Of a stretch of DNA of 64,000 bases, positions 1 to 11,149 are shown one piece after another. The notes under the pieces are model-generated. The model worked only from the letters and a program-made list of their open reading frames with translations, ran no database searches and was not told the DNA's origin. The first letter of the stretch is position 1. Every line of letters starts with the position of its first letter. The position numbers were made by a program, and so were the translations under genes. Source of the stretch: Raillietiella orientalis. Lineage: Eukaryota. The stretch covers positions 3,038,001-3,102,000 of the forward strand of contig JAYWIR010000003.1 of assembly GCA_036172245.1 (NCBI GenBank), given 5' to 3'.

Positions 1-554
1 GTTTTTTAAATCTCCGTAACGAACATCTCTTATGCAATCCCTTTCCCCAGTCGATTATGTATCCAAAGATAATTCTTGGACAAAGATCTCTCTCTTCCTG
101 AAATGCACGCTCATCATGGCCATTCTGCTCATCCTAACACCCAACTCGTCATTCAAGGTAACCACTCTGTACTCAAACACTCCAGCGTCATCCCCCGAGA
201 TCACTGTCAGAGGAAAAAGCATCTTCTCGTCACACTCCTGCTTTCCCTGATATCCACAAGCCCACATCCCTCATACTCCCGAGATAGAGAATCACTTCTC
301 TCGTTCAGATTGGAATCAGGGATTAGAATCCTTTAGCGGCCAGATGATCTGAGCTGCCAACGCAACCGGCACACCGAGGTCCCCCGCTTCTCCCCTGCAC
401 TCTCTCATCCTCCATGATCCCTTGTTTAGAGGTCGCAGGCACCTATCGTGCGGATGGATGGCCGAGACAGAGAAGTGCTGAGGAGGAGAGAGTGCCACTT
501 CGCATCCAATGCGTCCTGGGGACAAAGGCAAGCGGCCGGTAATAGGAAGGTCTG

Positions 555-1950
555 CCCTCGTTGATGGCCCTGTGGCTGCAGGCGGACACCGCGGCGTGGC
601 ACCGACCGTCGCGGGTTCGAATCCCGCTCGGGGAAGGATCGACGCCGAAAAATGGAGGGTGAGTCGTGGGTTTCGAGTTCCCCCCTCAAGATGACTCTGG
701 TTGACCTATTCGGGTGCGACACTGGTGGAAGTCGGAAACCCGATGTTCCTGTTGACTGGCCGGGATTTGGAAGTTGACCGTCCGGGGTCCTTCCAGGACA
801 TCAAGGAGCCCTTCGAGGTTCCCCTCCAGTTGAGAAAATGGAACCATCCATCGAGTACCACAAAGCTGCTTGGTACCTCCTTCGAGGGGTTGTCTCTCCA
901 GAATGTGAAGAAGCGCGCTGCTTCCTTCAAGGAGCGTCCCTCAGGGAGATTGGGAAACGTCCTTCCGGGGTTCTCTTCAGAGGAGGCAAGGAGAGATCCT
1001 TTCCGAGTGGTTCCTCCGGAGAGGAAATTCCAGGAGAGGATCTTTTCTGGGCTCCCTTCGGAGAAGAAATGATGGAGTGGCCCCCTCCAGAGGGTCCCTT
1101 CGGAGAGAATAAGGCAGGATTCTCCAAACGTAAGAGGAAAGGATCCTTCCTTCGGAGCCTTCCTGGATTCATAGGGTGGTAGCTCCTAACTTGAAGAGTT
1201 ACTTACTGCACGCACCCTCGGGCGGCGTGGGCAGCGTTCAAGAGCGTTCGTGAGTCCTTAGGCCAGTGCTTCCCAAAGTGGGAGATGCCTCCCCCTGGTG
1301 GTCTCTGGGACGATTCAGGGTGGGGTGGGGGTATAGTAGCCTCAAATGCAATTGGAGGGCGAGGTCTCGTCAAGCAAGTGTTGACAGACGAGCATGTCAC
1401 GCCTTTTCGGAAGATCCAGCATCCATCTGCGGGAATGTGTGCGTGTAATTACTTGTGTACAATACGATGCTATTAATAGGCGAAATTATGGAATCGAATT
1501 TGTATGAGAGGCAGCTAAAAAGATCATTAGTTTTTACAATAGTTTTGATGAAACAGCAAGTTGCACGTGTGTATATATATACATTTACTTACTACCATAT
1601 GTTTCTGTGTCTTCTAGTGTTTACTAATATAAAATTGTAGCAGGCTTGTGTCGGTACAACACTTTTTGAAGTGTACAGTTGATGCATTTGTCAAATTTTT
1701 TATTACAATATTGACGAAAGCAGGAGAACGAAGTCCTAAAAAAATTGCTGAGCATTAACATTTATTTATATATCATTTCTGTCGAATCAGTTGTGTTAAT
1801 TGGTAAATAAGAAGGTACATTTTCAGGGGGGGGGGGGAGCGCTGAGTAATTTTTTAACTGAAAAAGGGGTGGTAGGCCAAAGACTGGCCAAATAAGTTTG
1901 GGAACCTATGCCCTAGGCGAATGACGGTCCTTGGATGCTTGGCGAACCAA
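555..1950 (+). mobile_element. tRNA-headed SINE-like element, copy interrupted by a hAT MITE (SINE parts ~555-1263 and 1911-~1950)
   Basis: B-box GGTTCGAATCCC near 614 and a second GGGTTTCGAGTTCCCC near 668. The body is colinear with the copy at 33446-34291, and homology resumes after the MITE (ccctaggcga...ttggcgaacc). Confidence 0.8.
1264..1910. mobile_element. Non-autonomous hAT (Charlie-type) DNA transposon / MITE, 647 bp
   Basis: Ends CAGTGCTTCCCAAAGT and AGTTTGGGAACCTATG form imperfect TIRs. 8-bp TSD ccttaggc (1256-1263) / ccctaggc (1911-1918). AT-rich interior with no long ORF. Confidence 0.85.
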
Positions 1951-1959
1951 GGAAGAGGA

Positions 1960-2400
1960 AAGTCCTCTGTGGAACGTCCGTTGTGCATCAGCTCGTCGCC
2001 AACAGATGGAGGGGAGCAGCTCGCGCGGAGGGATTCTTCAGGTCTCCCGTGCTGCGACAGGGATCTAGGAGGATCAGGGGAGGATCTTCGGCAGCCATCC
2101 TGTGCTGCCGCATCTGTTCAGCGGCGGCGGCCTAACATTCATTTCTCTATGGTGATGACGGTATCGAGGATGGTGGCCTCGCCTCCATCCAGAAATTAGA
2201 GAGATGGCTTGCGCTGCCTCCAGCGCACGCAGACACTCAGCATAACCCTCCTCCCACCCACCCCTCCACAAGACAGGCGATCCTTAACCTCCGCGTTCTA
2301 TTTGTTTTTGTTTCGTGCCTGACTCGTTTCGTCCGCTTTCTGCGCTGCCGAACCCGCGCGCCGACCTTCATGAGTTCAGTGCAAGGGGTATTCCACGCGC
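1960..2400 (+). mobile_element. Decayed 3' fragment of L1/Tx1-like LINE
   Basis: AAILCC...IHFS peptide remnants resemble the ORF2 C-terminus of the family's other copies and are followed by a pyrimidine/T-rich 3' UTR. Confidence 0.45.
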
Positions 2401-2429
2401 GTTTCGCTTACGTCATTCGTGCGAACTCC

Positions 2430-2960
2430 CTAATGAGTGACCGCGCCGCAAGCAGGTCGAGGGAAGAAGCTGCCGCCGGACCCCGAATTCTTCCAAGCGA
2501 TCGCTCTGGAGACGGAGCGCTCGGCACCAGGAAGGGTGGAAACTGCGCTGGTGCTGCTGCTACCCTCCTGCGGCGACTCTTCGTGCGCAGCGGATCCTCG
2601 ACAGGTGCGCCGTGATCGCGACAACGGTGCGCGCCGCCCGCATCCGCGCGCCCGTCGCCAAAGCCCTCCGTGCGCTGGAGTCTCAGGCGCAGAGGCCGCC
2701 AAGGTAGCCTCGCCTGGGAAGAAGTCGAGCTAGGGATCTGCGCCGGTGTTGAGTCGGAAGGAGCACCCTCTTCCAAAGACCCTGTCCTCACCCTCCCTTT
2801 GCCTATTTAATTTATTCATCGTTCCCTTCCATCCCGCTCCGGACTGCCTCAGTAACCGATCTGCGTGTTGGGGAACTCTCCCACGAACTTCCATCTTTTT
2901 GTTCCGGGAACTGCGTTCCCAACTTGTTTCCAATTAACACCCCGGAGTGAGTGGGCGAGA
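2430..2960 (+). mobile_element. LINE 3' fragment (variant 3' UTR shared with 43460-43730)
   Basis: The 3' UTR (cgctccggact...gggaactgcgttccc...cccggagtgagtgggcg) aligns by eye with 43530-43725 and ends in the family terminal motif. Confidence 0.6.
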
Positions 2961-2978
2961 AACTGATAGCTTCGAGGA

Positions 2979-3990
2979 TTTCCACCCGGACACGCTGGGC
3001 CACTTACGCATCAAAAATGTACTTACATAATAATAAGTTTGCATGACATGACATGACGCCCCGCAGAGTCCAAGAGTCCTCCAGGAGGTGCTGACGAGCG
3101 GAGGAGGATGGGGAAAGGAATGAAAAAAAAGGAACAGAAGAAAAAAACGATTGTTTAACACGTTGACTGATGCCAGATTTGCATGATTCTCTCAGTGGGC
3201 CAGAAGAGAATTTCCATTATTCTCAGCATATAATGACAAAATAATAAGAAATCTGGTTATACAAGATCGTACCCTTATCCATAGTGTGTTTCTCTTGCCA
3301 GTGGTTACGGGTGACCACCTTGGCCCCTTGGTGCACTTAGTTACCCTTGATTACTTTTTTTGAATGTTTTATTACAAATATATTATATTATACATTACAA
3401 ATATAGGAAAATGGCTATCTATGGCGTTTACGTGATATGGTAATACACCTCGAAAGGTATCGTAGCAACCGTGACAAACAACCCTTCATTTCTTTTGACA
3501 AATGCATCCCCATTAGTTGGTGAATCGTGAGATTTCGTACGGTAAGGATCGTAAAAATCGTGAGAAAGCGTTGAGCATGAAATTAGTAAACAGTGTCTGC
3601 TCATTTCTATAGTTTTGCAGAGTAGGTTGCCAAAAAGATGTTTCAAATCAATGGTTGGAAAAATGCTAAAAATTGGACAAAAAAAGTCCCTACATACTGC
3701 GGAGATTGCGATGGCCAGCTTCATTTATGCGTAATATGTTTTAATACAATAGATCGTACTGAATTTTTGTAATGCAGTATATAATGTTTTCATTAAAATT
3801 TTTAATTGTTGAATAGTGCATTTTTTTTTTCGTAACATTGTCTGGTTAGCTATGATCAAAATTTTTTAGTTGACGATATTTGTTTTATTTTAATTATTCT
3901 AAACATTCGAGGCACTCCGGTCACTGATGACCACCATGGTCCCATCGAGGAAACAATCTCCGGTCACTGGTGGCAGTCAACGTGTTAAAG

Positions 3991-4021
<31 letters not shown>

Positions 4022-4400
4022 GTGGTGGAGGAGCGAGAGAAAAGATCACACAGTCCGTGTCGACCGTCGACCCTCCTCATCCTATATAGGGTGCCAGCGA
4101 GCCTGTCCTTAGAGCTGCCCTGGTGGCTCCGTCCCGAGGCGATCCTCAGGAACCGATGCTGAGCCAGGAACCAGGTTGCCAAGGGGACGGATCCTCCCGG
4201 CGTCTCGTGCCTCTCTCGACCTCGAGCCTCGTAGCGACGACATTTTGATCCTAGCCAAAAGGCCGAAAGTGTAGCGACGGCACCGCGCAGGCAGCAGGGC
4301 GCTGAGGCTGCGGCAGCTGCAGACACGGCGCTCCGCGCGAAGAGGGGCTTCCAGGCATCGCTGGGGTTGCATCCGCCGAAACGGGATGGGGGAGGGGAGG
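2979..4400 (-). mobile_element. L1/Tx1-like LINE 3' fragment split by a piggyBac insertion
   Basis: ORF 3985-4485(-) reads KPLFARSA..APCCLRGAVA..RFLRIA..LAGTLYRM, matching the family C-terminus. The terminal motif lies on the minus strand at 2979-2999. Confidence 0.7.
3159..3984. mobile_element. Non-autonomous piggyBac-type element, 826 bp
   Basis: TTAA TSDs at 3155-3158 and 3985-3988. TIR CACGTTGACTG / CAGTCAACGTG. Subterminal repeats ccggtcactg near 3917 and 3960. AT-rich interior. Confidence 0.85.
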
Positions 4401-4499
4401 GGGGGAAGGAACGCTCCCGCAGTGTCCGGAGGGCAACACAGAACACTGGCAGGCGAGCGAAGAAACTCCACTCTCCCCCTCGCACTTGGTGCGGTCAGG

Positions 4500-5190
4500 C
4501 GCCCAGTGGTGGCAGGGCTGGGACTTCCCCGGGTAGTCGGCAGCGGCCGCGCTGGACGAGGGAAGGGCGGGGGTAGGGGGGGTCGGCGATCCCTCCCAAG
4601 CTGCGCAGGCTGCGGGGAAAATCGCCGCTTCCTCGCAGGGACCCGCAGCTGGTACGTGGCGAATTTCGGGGCGTGCGGAGACGCCTCGCGGTGCTGCTTG
4701 ACTCAGACTGGAGGGAGCTGCTGCGGCACTCTTTCTTCACGCGGAGCGGCCTTTGTCCCCCGATTTCCCGGTCGCCCAATCCTGTACCGAGCCAGGAGGG
4801 TTGGGGAGTCCCGGAACACGGAGGAAGGCGCGCTGACAAGGAAAGAGGACCACGCGCCCCAACTCCGCAGAGATGAAGAATGTGGCAGCGCTGCCTTCGA
4901 AGGGTGCCGGGGTCAAGGAGGACACCGCCTGCATCGCACACAGGTTACAGAAGACGCTGCGTGGCCTGTGGCCGGTGACCCCTGTCTGCCCCCCCCCTTT
5001 TATTTACCTATTTATTGTCCCCTTCCCCTACACCCTCCCTGCCCTTCTGTGCAGCCGGTCTGCGAGTTGGCTGCACAGAAGGAACAAAATTCTTTTTCCC
5101 TCCCCTGTCTTCTTGAAAGACTGGGGAGGCACTGTGTGCTTTGCTTTTTTCTTTTTGCAAAATGAACGCCCCCTACGTGGTCGGCCGCCA
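4500..5190 (+). mobile_element. Decayed LINE 3' fragment
   Basis: Layout as in other copies: degenerate C-terminal ORF, gtgacccc, C/T-rich UTR and a degenerate terminal motif (gaacgccccctacgtggtcgg). Confidence 0.5.
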
Positions 5191-5958
5191 ACGGCAGGGG
5201 ACGGCCCGGATGACAGGAAGAGGCGCGATTCCAGGAGGGCTGTTCCAGTAGCGCCTTTCGTGCGCGGGCCACGGTCCCTCAACGACAGCGACTGCCTCGA
5301 GATTCACTGACAGTTTCGCCCGTGTCCACCGTCTGCATTGGGGCAGATACGGAAACCCTCCGTCCACGTGAAATTCGCCTGCGGAATATCTTCCACCACC
5401 GTATTGCAGTGTGGCAGAAAGGGCGCTCCCCTCAGTCTAACTGCTACCGTCGAGTGCGAGCGCGCTTGCGTGTGCACATTTCATGACTGCAAAGTTCCCA
5501 TGGCAACCGTCAGCGCACAGCTTCTCTTTTCGCTGCATTCAGATGCGACACCGGTTGGAATCTACGCACATCACATTATAGAAAGTTCTGCAAATCAAAT
5601 GTCTATTTATACAGGAAGTGTAGCTCCATCCCCAATTCGATGCATACTCAATGGGCTTTTCCCACATGGCTTCAGGCATTTTAATCTTGTCCCTCGAAAA
5701 ATCGTCAGGAAGCTCAGTTATAACGAAATCGGTCCCCGTGAGCTCACCCCTCGACCCAACAGTGACTACTTGTTTCAAAATGAGCCCTTGGAGAATAATT
5801 AAAACATAGGGAATTAACCTTAAAGAATAAAGTAACGGAAAAATTCCAATAATTTTACCCTTTTTATTAAGTTTTTTTTTTTTTTTTTCTACGTGTGGTA
5901 TTTCTTTCTATTTTTAATTTTTCTTGCCAAGCTGAAACTGCGGACGTTTTGCATATCC

Positions 5959-6008
5959 TTTTTTTTTTTTTTTGGTCCGCGAAGTACTAAAGAACCGTTC
6001 GCCTAGGG
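5959..6008 (-). mobile_element. SINE 3' segment (minus strand) abutting a hAT end
   Basis: Reverse complement ccctaggcgaacggttctttagtacttcgcggacc(A)n matches the SINE segment at 34117-34160. Confidence 0.7.
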
Positions 6009-6105
6009 CAGTGCTTCCCACACAAAGTGGGCGATATCACCCCCCGGTGGGCGCTGGAGCGATTCAGGGTGGGGGCGATAGCAGCCTCAAGTGCACTTGG
6101 GGGGA
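6009..6105. mobile_element. Left end of the same hAT MITE family as 1264-1910 (truncated)
   Basis: cagtgcttccca...aaagtggg...cgattcagggtggggg...agcctcaa aligns with 1264-1360. Confidence 0.8.
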
Positions 6106-6149
6106 CGGTGAAAGAATAAAGAAAGAGGAGAAGACGAGAAAAGTTTAAA

Positions 6150-7662
6150 AAACCGCTCGCACTTTGTCTGTTTTCTCCCCGCCGGAGTGCGCCGCGGTGT
6201 GGAACACGTTTGTGGTCCCCCTCCTCCGCCCCTTGCTTTTTGTTTGCCCACTGCCATGCAGCATAAGGAAGCGGACAAATGACCTCCTCCAGATCGCCCT
6301 CTGGGGCAAATGGAGGCTCCGAGTTCTCCTAAAGAACTTGTGCGCTCCGCAAAGGGACGGCCTTCTGACGCTGGAGCAAACGGAGCTGCAGCTCCAGTTT
6401 CGAACTTTGGCGCTCGTGGCAAAGCTCTGGAGCACCACCTGGTGCCAACCTGCACGCCTTCTCGTCCAGAGAACCACCGGCAGCGTGGGACTCGCGTCCT
6501 TCCTGGCGCGTCGTCCACGCAGCCTCATCCACTGCGGACTGCACCTTCGGCAGGTGGCCACTCGAAAGAATGAAACCGGATGGATCTCGCGAACGGTGGT
6601 GCCTGGTTGCAGGAAACCGTGCGCACGTGGGCGCGGAACAGGTGCGACGTGCGTTTCCTGTACGCGCGCAACCACAACTGCCCGCTTCGGGAGATCCTGG
6701 AAGATCCCGTGAAGAGTGCACGGGCAAGCAGAACGTCCCTCGCCGCTGCGCTGCCCTCCCTTAGGGAGCACACGGGCAGCAGCCTTACGGCCAGACGGGA
6801 GGTTACCGTGGAAACCTCCGGAAAGAGGAAAGAACTGGACGAGCGGACGACGGACCAGCTCACCGGCGCTGCTGCTTTGAGTGCTCGACCTCGCGGTACT
6901 TTTGAGCTGGGGCGTGCCACTGGGTATTCTGGAGGAAGACCTGCAGTGGCCCCCGGTGTTCCTGAACACCCCGCACCCTCCCTTCAAAGTAGCAGGAGTG
7001 TACGTTGATGATACTGCATTGGGACGTCCCGTGCAACGCCCGCCGGTTTCATTGGACACGGGTGGGTGGATGGGTGGACCCGAACTATGCGAGGTGCGGG
7101 GAGCGGGAATCCCTTGTGCACCTGCTAGTGGACAGTGTTGCTCTTCGGCCCCTTTGGGGACGCTTCACGGAGACCCTTGGAACCCCCGGCGGCAATGCAG
7201 ACACGTGATGCGGCTCCTCTTTGTGCGGGACGCCCTGCAGCCAGCCTTTGCGGCACTGTGCTGCCCGTGTGACGGGAGCGTGGCTGCACGGAGCAACATC
7301 AGAGGAGGCCAGGACGACAGGGATGGCATCTATTTTGCTGTCCTCTTCACGAGGACGGCGTCAGGATGACTCCATCTGGGAGTCTTGCAACAGGAAGTTG
7401 CCGGCATTCCTACAAGGATGCAGAGGACACCCTCCAGCACACGGTGATCCCTTCCCATTTTTTTCACTGTATGTTTTTCGTTTTATTTTTTTCTTTTTGT
7501 TTGTCTCCCCTTCTCCTGTGCTGCCCAGGCGAACTTCGCTGGCCTGCATGACAGTTCCCAGCAGGTTCCTCCTCGTAGTTACAAGTAACGTGGCAGAATC
7601 AAACGCCCTGCCACAGACATGGATGTTTATTTTATAAAAAAACGCCCCGGCATGACCGGGTG
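6150..7662 (+). mobile_element. L1/Tx1-like LINE, 5'-truncated (post-RT region, zf-RVT, 3' UTR)
   Basis: Frameshifted peptides ALWGK..LCAPQRDGLL (the CxPKxxGGLG-type motif) and ESLVHLLVD, then the terminal hairpin cccgg-catga-ccggg at 7646-7660. Confidence 0.8.
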
Positions 7663-7830
7663 TCAACCGGTGTCACACCTGAATAGGCCAACCGTCATTA
7701 TCTTGCGGGGGATCTGGAAACCCACGACGCATCCCCCATTACTCGGAGTCGATGCTCAACGCGGGGATTCGAACCCGCAACGCCTGGTGGTGCCACGCGC
7801 GAATACTGCAGCCACACGGCCGCGAAAGCG
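7663..7830 (-). mobile_element. SINE 5' head fragment
   Basis: Minus strand reads ggccgtgtggctgc...gcgggttcgaatcccc...gggtttccagatccccc...ggttggcctattcaggtg, matching the head at 565-720. Confidence 0.75.
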
Positions 7831-8479
7831 GGCCGTGCATCACTTCGTAGGGTCTTTATGGAATGGGCCTTTATGGTATCCTTGAATGGAAGCATATCTT
7901 AGTTTCCTCTCTCCAGTGAAAAAAAAACATAAAAATGATGGGAGTTGTCTTCGGAGTTTGGCTTTGATGACTCTTCGTTAATTGCCAAAATTAATTGGTC
8001 ATAAATTTCATCCGATGCATATTACGATGCAGCGAAGAATAAAATTCGCATCACGCGGGACATCCATACTCTTAAGAAGACTTTCATTTTCCGGTGTAGT
8101 TGGTTTACGTGCTCTTCATATAAGAGAAATTCTGAATTTATTCATCGGGTGAAATACTGAATTTTATTTGACGACGCTTCACGATTTCCTCATCTTTTGC
8201 CCAGATGCCCGGACCCTTCTCTTCACCGGAACAGTGCCACCTTCACGTGAACGAACCTAAAGCAGTTTGTTTGCAGCAATAGGAGGAATGGCAAGGCGAA
8301 GAACAGAACACGTACCGTGTGGATTGTGAAAAGCTAAGCTGTACAAAACACTTTTGAGAACCGCTGAGCTACGCACACGTCTGCGCAATGGGTACGAATC
8401 GTCTCCTCACCTGTTTCCACTTCAGATGAAAATCCTGCACGTGGAAGATAAGAGAGGGCTTTCAATGAATTCGAATCAT

Positions 8480-9100
8480 GGTCGTTGGTGATTTCATGCT
8501 GCGTCTACACATCCACTGCCGCAGCCACTCTTCCACGAATGCTTCGCCGTGCTCATGAGCGAATGACGTAAGCGTGGCCCCACCGTTCCAGGAAGAGGCA
8601 AACCTTCCCACTGTTCACGTAACCGGGAGCAAGGCAGTGCTGCTGCGAGACGCACTTCAAATTGTGCGAGCTGCTCCAGGGTGAGCAGAGAGAACTCTTC
8701 CCTCTTTAGCGAGACGGTTCCTGCAGAGTTTCTTGTTCCGGGCACGTGCTTCTGTTCGCGGTCGAAGTTTGGTTAGACAGCATCTTTTTCCCGTCCGGAC
8801 GTGTCTGCCCTATCGAAGACGGAAGGTGATTCCGGGAGTCGCCGATGAAGCATGCGAGCACCATTCTCTCTCTCTCTCTCTCTCTCTCTCTAATGAAGAT
8901 CAGGAGGGAATGCGGCCGACACTACCTCGGACGGTTCCATCCGCAGGATGGTCGCTATTAGAGCAGAAGTCTTTGCGATCGAGAAAACCAAAAGAAATGA
9001 GACTGTGCGCCGGCTTTTCCCATTCGCAAGAGGAGTGTGGAGATATTTTTCAAATGGGCTTCCAGAGGCGCTAAAGGATTTTCTTTTTTTCAAGAGTTTC
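8480..9100 (-). mobile_element. Decayed zf-RVT/C-terminal fragment of a more distant L1/Tx1-like LINE, with an internal (CT)n tract
   Basis: Minus-strand remnants MLHRRLP and GEAFVEEW. Weak and frameshifted. Confidence 0.35.
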
Positions 9101-9409
9101 AAGAGAAGAGTTTTTTCCCTTTCTTTCCAGTCCATGTTTGATGAAAAGTGCTGCTTAAGAAGGAAGGGGTAGCACGGATAAGTAAACGAAAGCGCACCGT
9201 TACGACCGGTAGGTCTCCATCCCTTTGTTCATCCTCCCTCAGGAACGGTACGCAGGTTTCCTTGTTCGTGAAGGGGGCATCGAACGGATCTTCAGGGGTC
9301 TCTGCTCTCCCAGCCACCTGGTGCATCCCTGAGGAGTTTTTGCATCTACAGTGACCTCCGTGTGGTGAGGATGCGAAGAAAAAAGGCGACATTACTCGCA
9401 TACTATACG

Positions 9410-9900
9410 GCAAAACTCTGTGGATAAATTTCAATTTTGTGGTCCAGTGCCAGTTAGCTGTTTTTGAAAGCAGAGCACGAATACGTGATGTACGTAGGTT
9501 GTGTTCCATTTTATTCAAAATTTGCGTGGACGAAATAGAACAAGGTGCATTTTTCAACAACGAGAACGATAGAGCAGAGAGTATACAGTTGTTCAGAGTA
9601 ATTGAATAGCAAGGCAGCATTTAAAAGAAAAGAACTTTTTTGCTTTCGGTTAAGTAATAAACACTTTTTTTTTTCTTTTCGTTTTAAAGTGAACGTTTTG
9701 AATACCATCTTATCATCCATGTGTAACGCATAGGGATCGTATAACGCGGGACACTACTCGTATCCCCCGTGCTGTAAGAGGGTCTACCATATCTCCATTG
9801 TAATTTCGAAATGCATCGAAGGTAGTCGAAGGTATCCGTGGTTGGATCAGGCGTATAAACCAAAACCACCTTTTGGTGATACTTCGTTCAATCGGAGTGG
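9410..9900 (-). mobile_element. Possible piggyBac-like transposase relic
   Basis: AT-rich. The remnant SKTANWHWTTKLKF loosely resembles the piggyBac segment following the GGVDxxDQ motif. No TIR found. Confidence 0.25.
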
Positions 9901-9937
9901 GAGAACGGACAAAGTTCCCAAGGTCCTCCTCCTACGT

Positions 9938-10241
9938 CAGCGTCTTCCCAAAATGTGTTCCGCGGAGCACTGGTGTTCTCGTGTTATAAGTGTTCCGTGA
10001 AAGATTATGAAAGTTAATGTAGTTTAAATGCTATTAAGTTCATTTTACTATTTTCGTGTGTTTTGTTTTACAAAATTGAAATTCGAGAATAAATGCTCGC
10101 TTTGCTTTCTGAACTCTCATATTTATTTGCTTAATTTATTTATTGTTAGCATCTATCTACCCTACAAGACAACCAAGGTGCTCCGTTGAAATTTCAGGAT
10201 TTGTGAAGCGTTCCGTCACAGGAAAAGTTTGGGGAACTCTG
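9938..10241. mobile_element. Second hAT (Charlie-type) MITE family, ~300 bp
   Basis: Ends cagcgtcttcccaaaat and aagtttggggaactctg, with internal gttccg repeats typical of Charlie subtermini. TSD not convincingly preserved. Confidence 0.65.
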
Positions 10242-11149
10242 ACCTCCCTCATCCAAAATGGCCGCTCCCATGCTTTCGGAGGCGCGAGCGTCCGGTCACG
10301 CTCAGCACCAGAGCTTTCGCGTTTCCATGCACGAATTGGATTCCGTGCCTGTGGGCTCTCTGTTTCCTCAAAACTGCAGATGCCTTGCGACTCTGTAATT
10401 CACCGTGAGGCACCATCGTTCAGTTTACTAAAAAAAAATTGGACCAACGGCTACACGGAACAGATAATTGGGGGCCATTGAATGAATGGCTATTGTCTTC
10501 ATTATTAAATGTTGATTATTTCACTTCTTTTTTTTTTTTTTTTGCTTCAGGGTCTTTTAAATTTCACCATTGCACCAAGTGTCCGCATATCCTCGGGTTG
10601 TTAATCAGCAGGAAGTGGCATCTTCGTCGCAACCCAGCATTAATTGCTTTGCCTGTGAGATGCTCCGCATTCTTCACACCACGGTTCTGAAGGCCGCGGC
10701 TGTGCTTGCATTCCAATCCACTGGAAGCCTGCAAGGACGACAGCCATGGAGCCATCGCAAACTCACGAAGAGGCACGGGCGACCCGGCCCGTGGGCGGGG
10801 AGGAGGGCGAAGCTCAGCGCAAACGCTGCGTACCGGAACGTCCGAGGAAAGGTGCTGCGTCCGCGGCCCTCTCCGCGTGCATACGTAAGGCGGAAAATGC
10901 TGCTGCACTAAAGAAAATCTGTTCTCATCAGCTTGACATCTGTCACGCCGCCCATCTGGTGGCCAAGGAGGAGAATGGGGAAAAAGCCGCAGGACCCTCT
11001 TCAACTTGCAGCAGTGACCGTCGCGCTCGCCGGCCATCCTCAAGAAACCTTTGGACATAATTTGATTTTCGAAAATGCATTTTTTTCTTCTGTATTCGCA
11101 CGTGGCTCTTTGATATTGTTCCACTCCACCCGCGGAGGGCGCGTGTACT

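Noticed and set aside
1..470. Short ORFs at the window start
   Set aside because: No recognisable motif and no copy elsewhere in the window. The region is cut by the window edge.
565..635. tRNA gene candidates at each GGTTCGAATCCC (also 7760, 11890, 14750, 33500, 37430)
   Set aside because: No complete cloverleaf or acceptor stem, and each continues into the same repeat body, so these are SINE heads.
3921..3955. Hammerhead-like CTGATGA...GAAAC
   Set aside because: Stems I-III cannot be formed convincingly, and the word is part of the piggyBac subterminal repeat.
5338..5802. 154-aa ORF and overlapping minus-strand ORF
   Set aside because: No recognisable family motif or splice structure. 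It may be a transposon relic, but this cannot be supported.
10560..11040. Possible gag-like zinc-knuckle remnants (also CFRC near 44350, minus strand)
   Set aside because: Cys/His spacing is incomplete and too degenerate to call.
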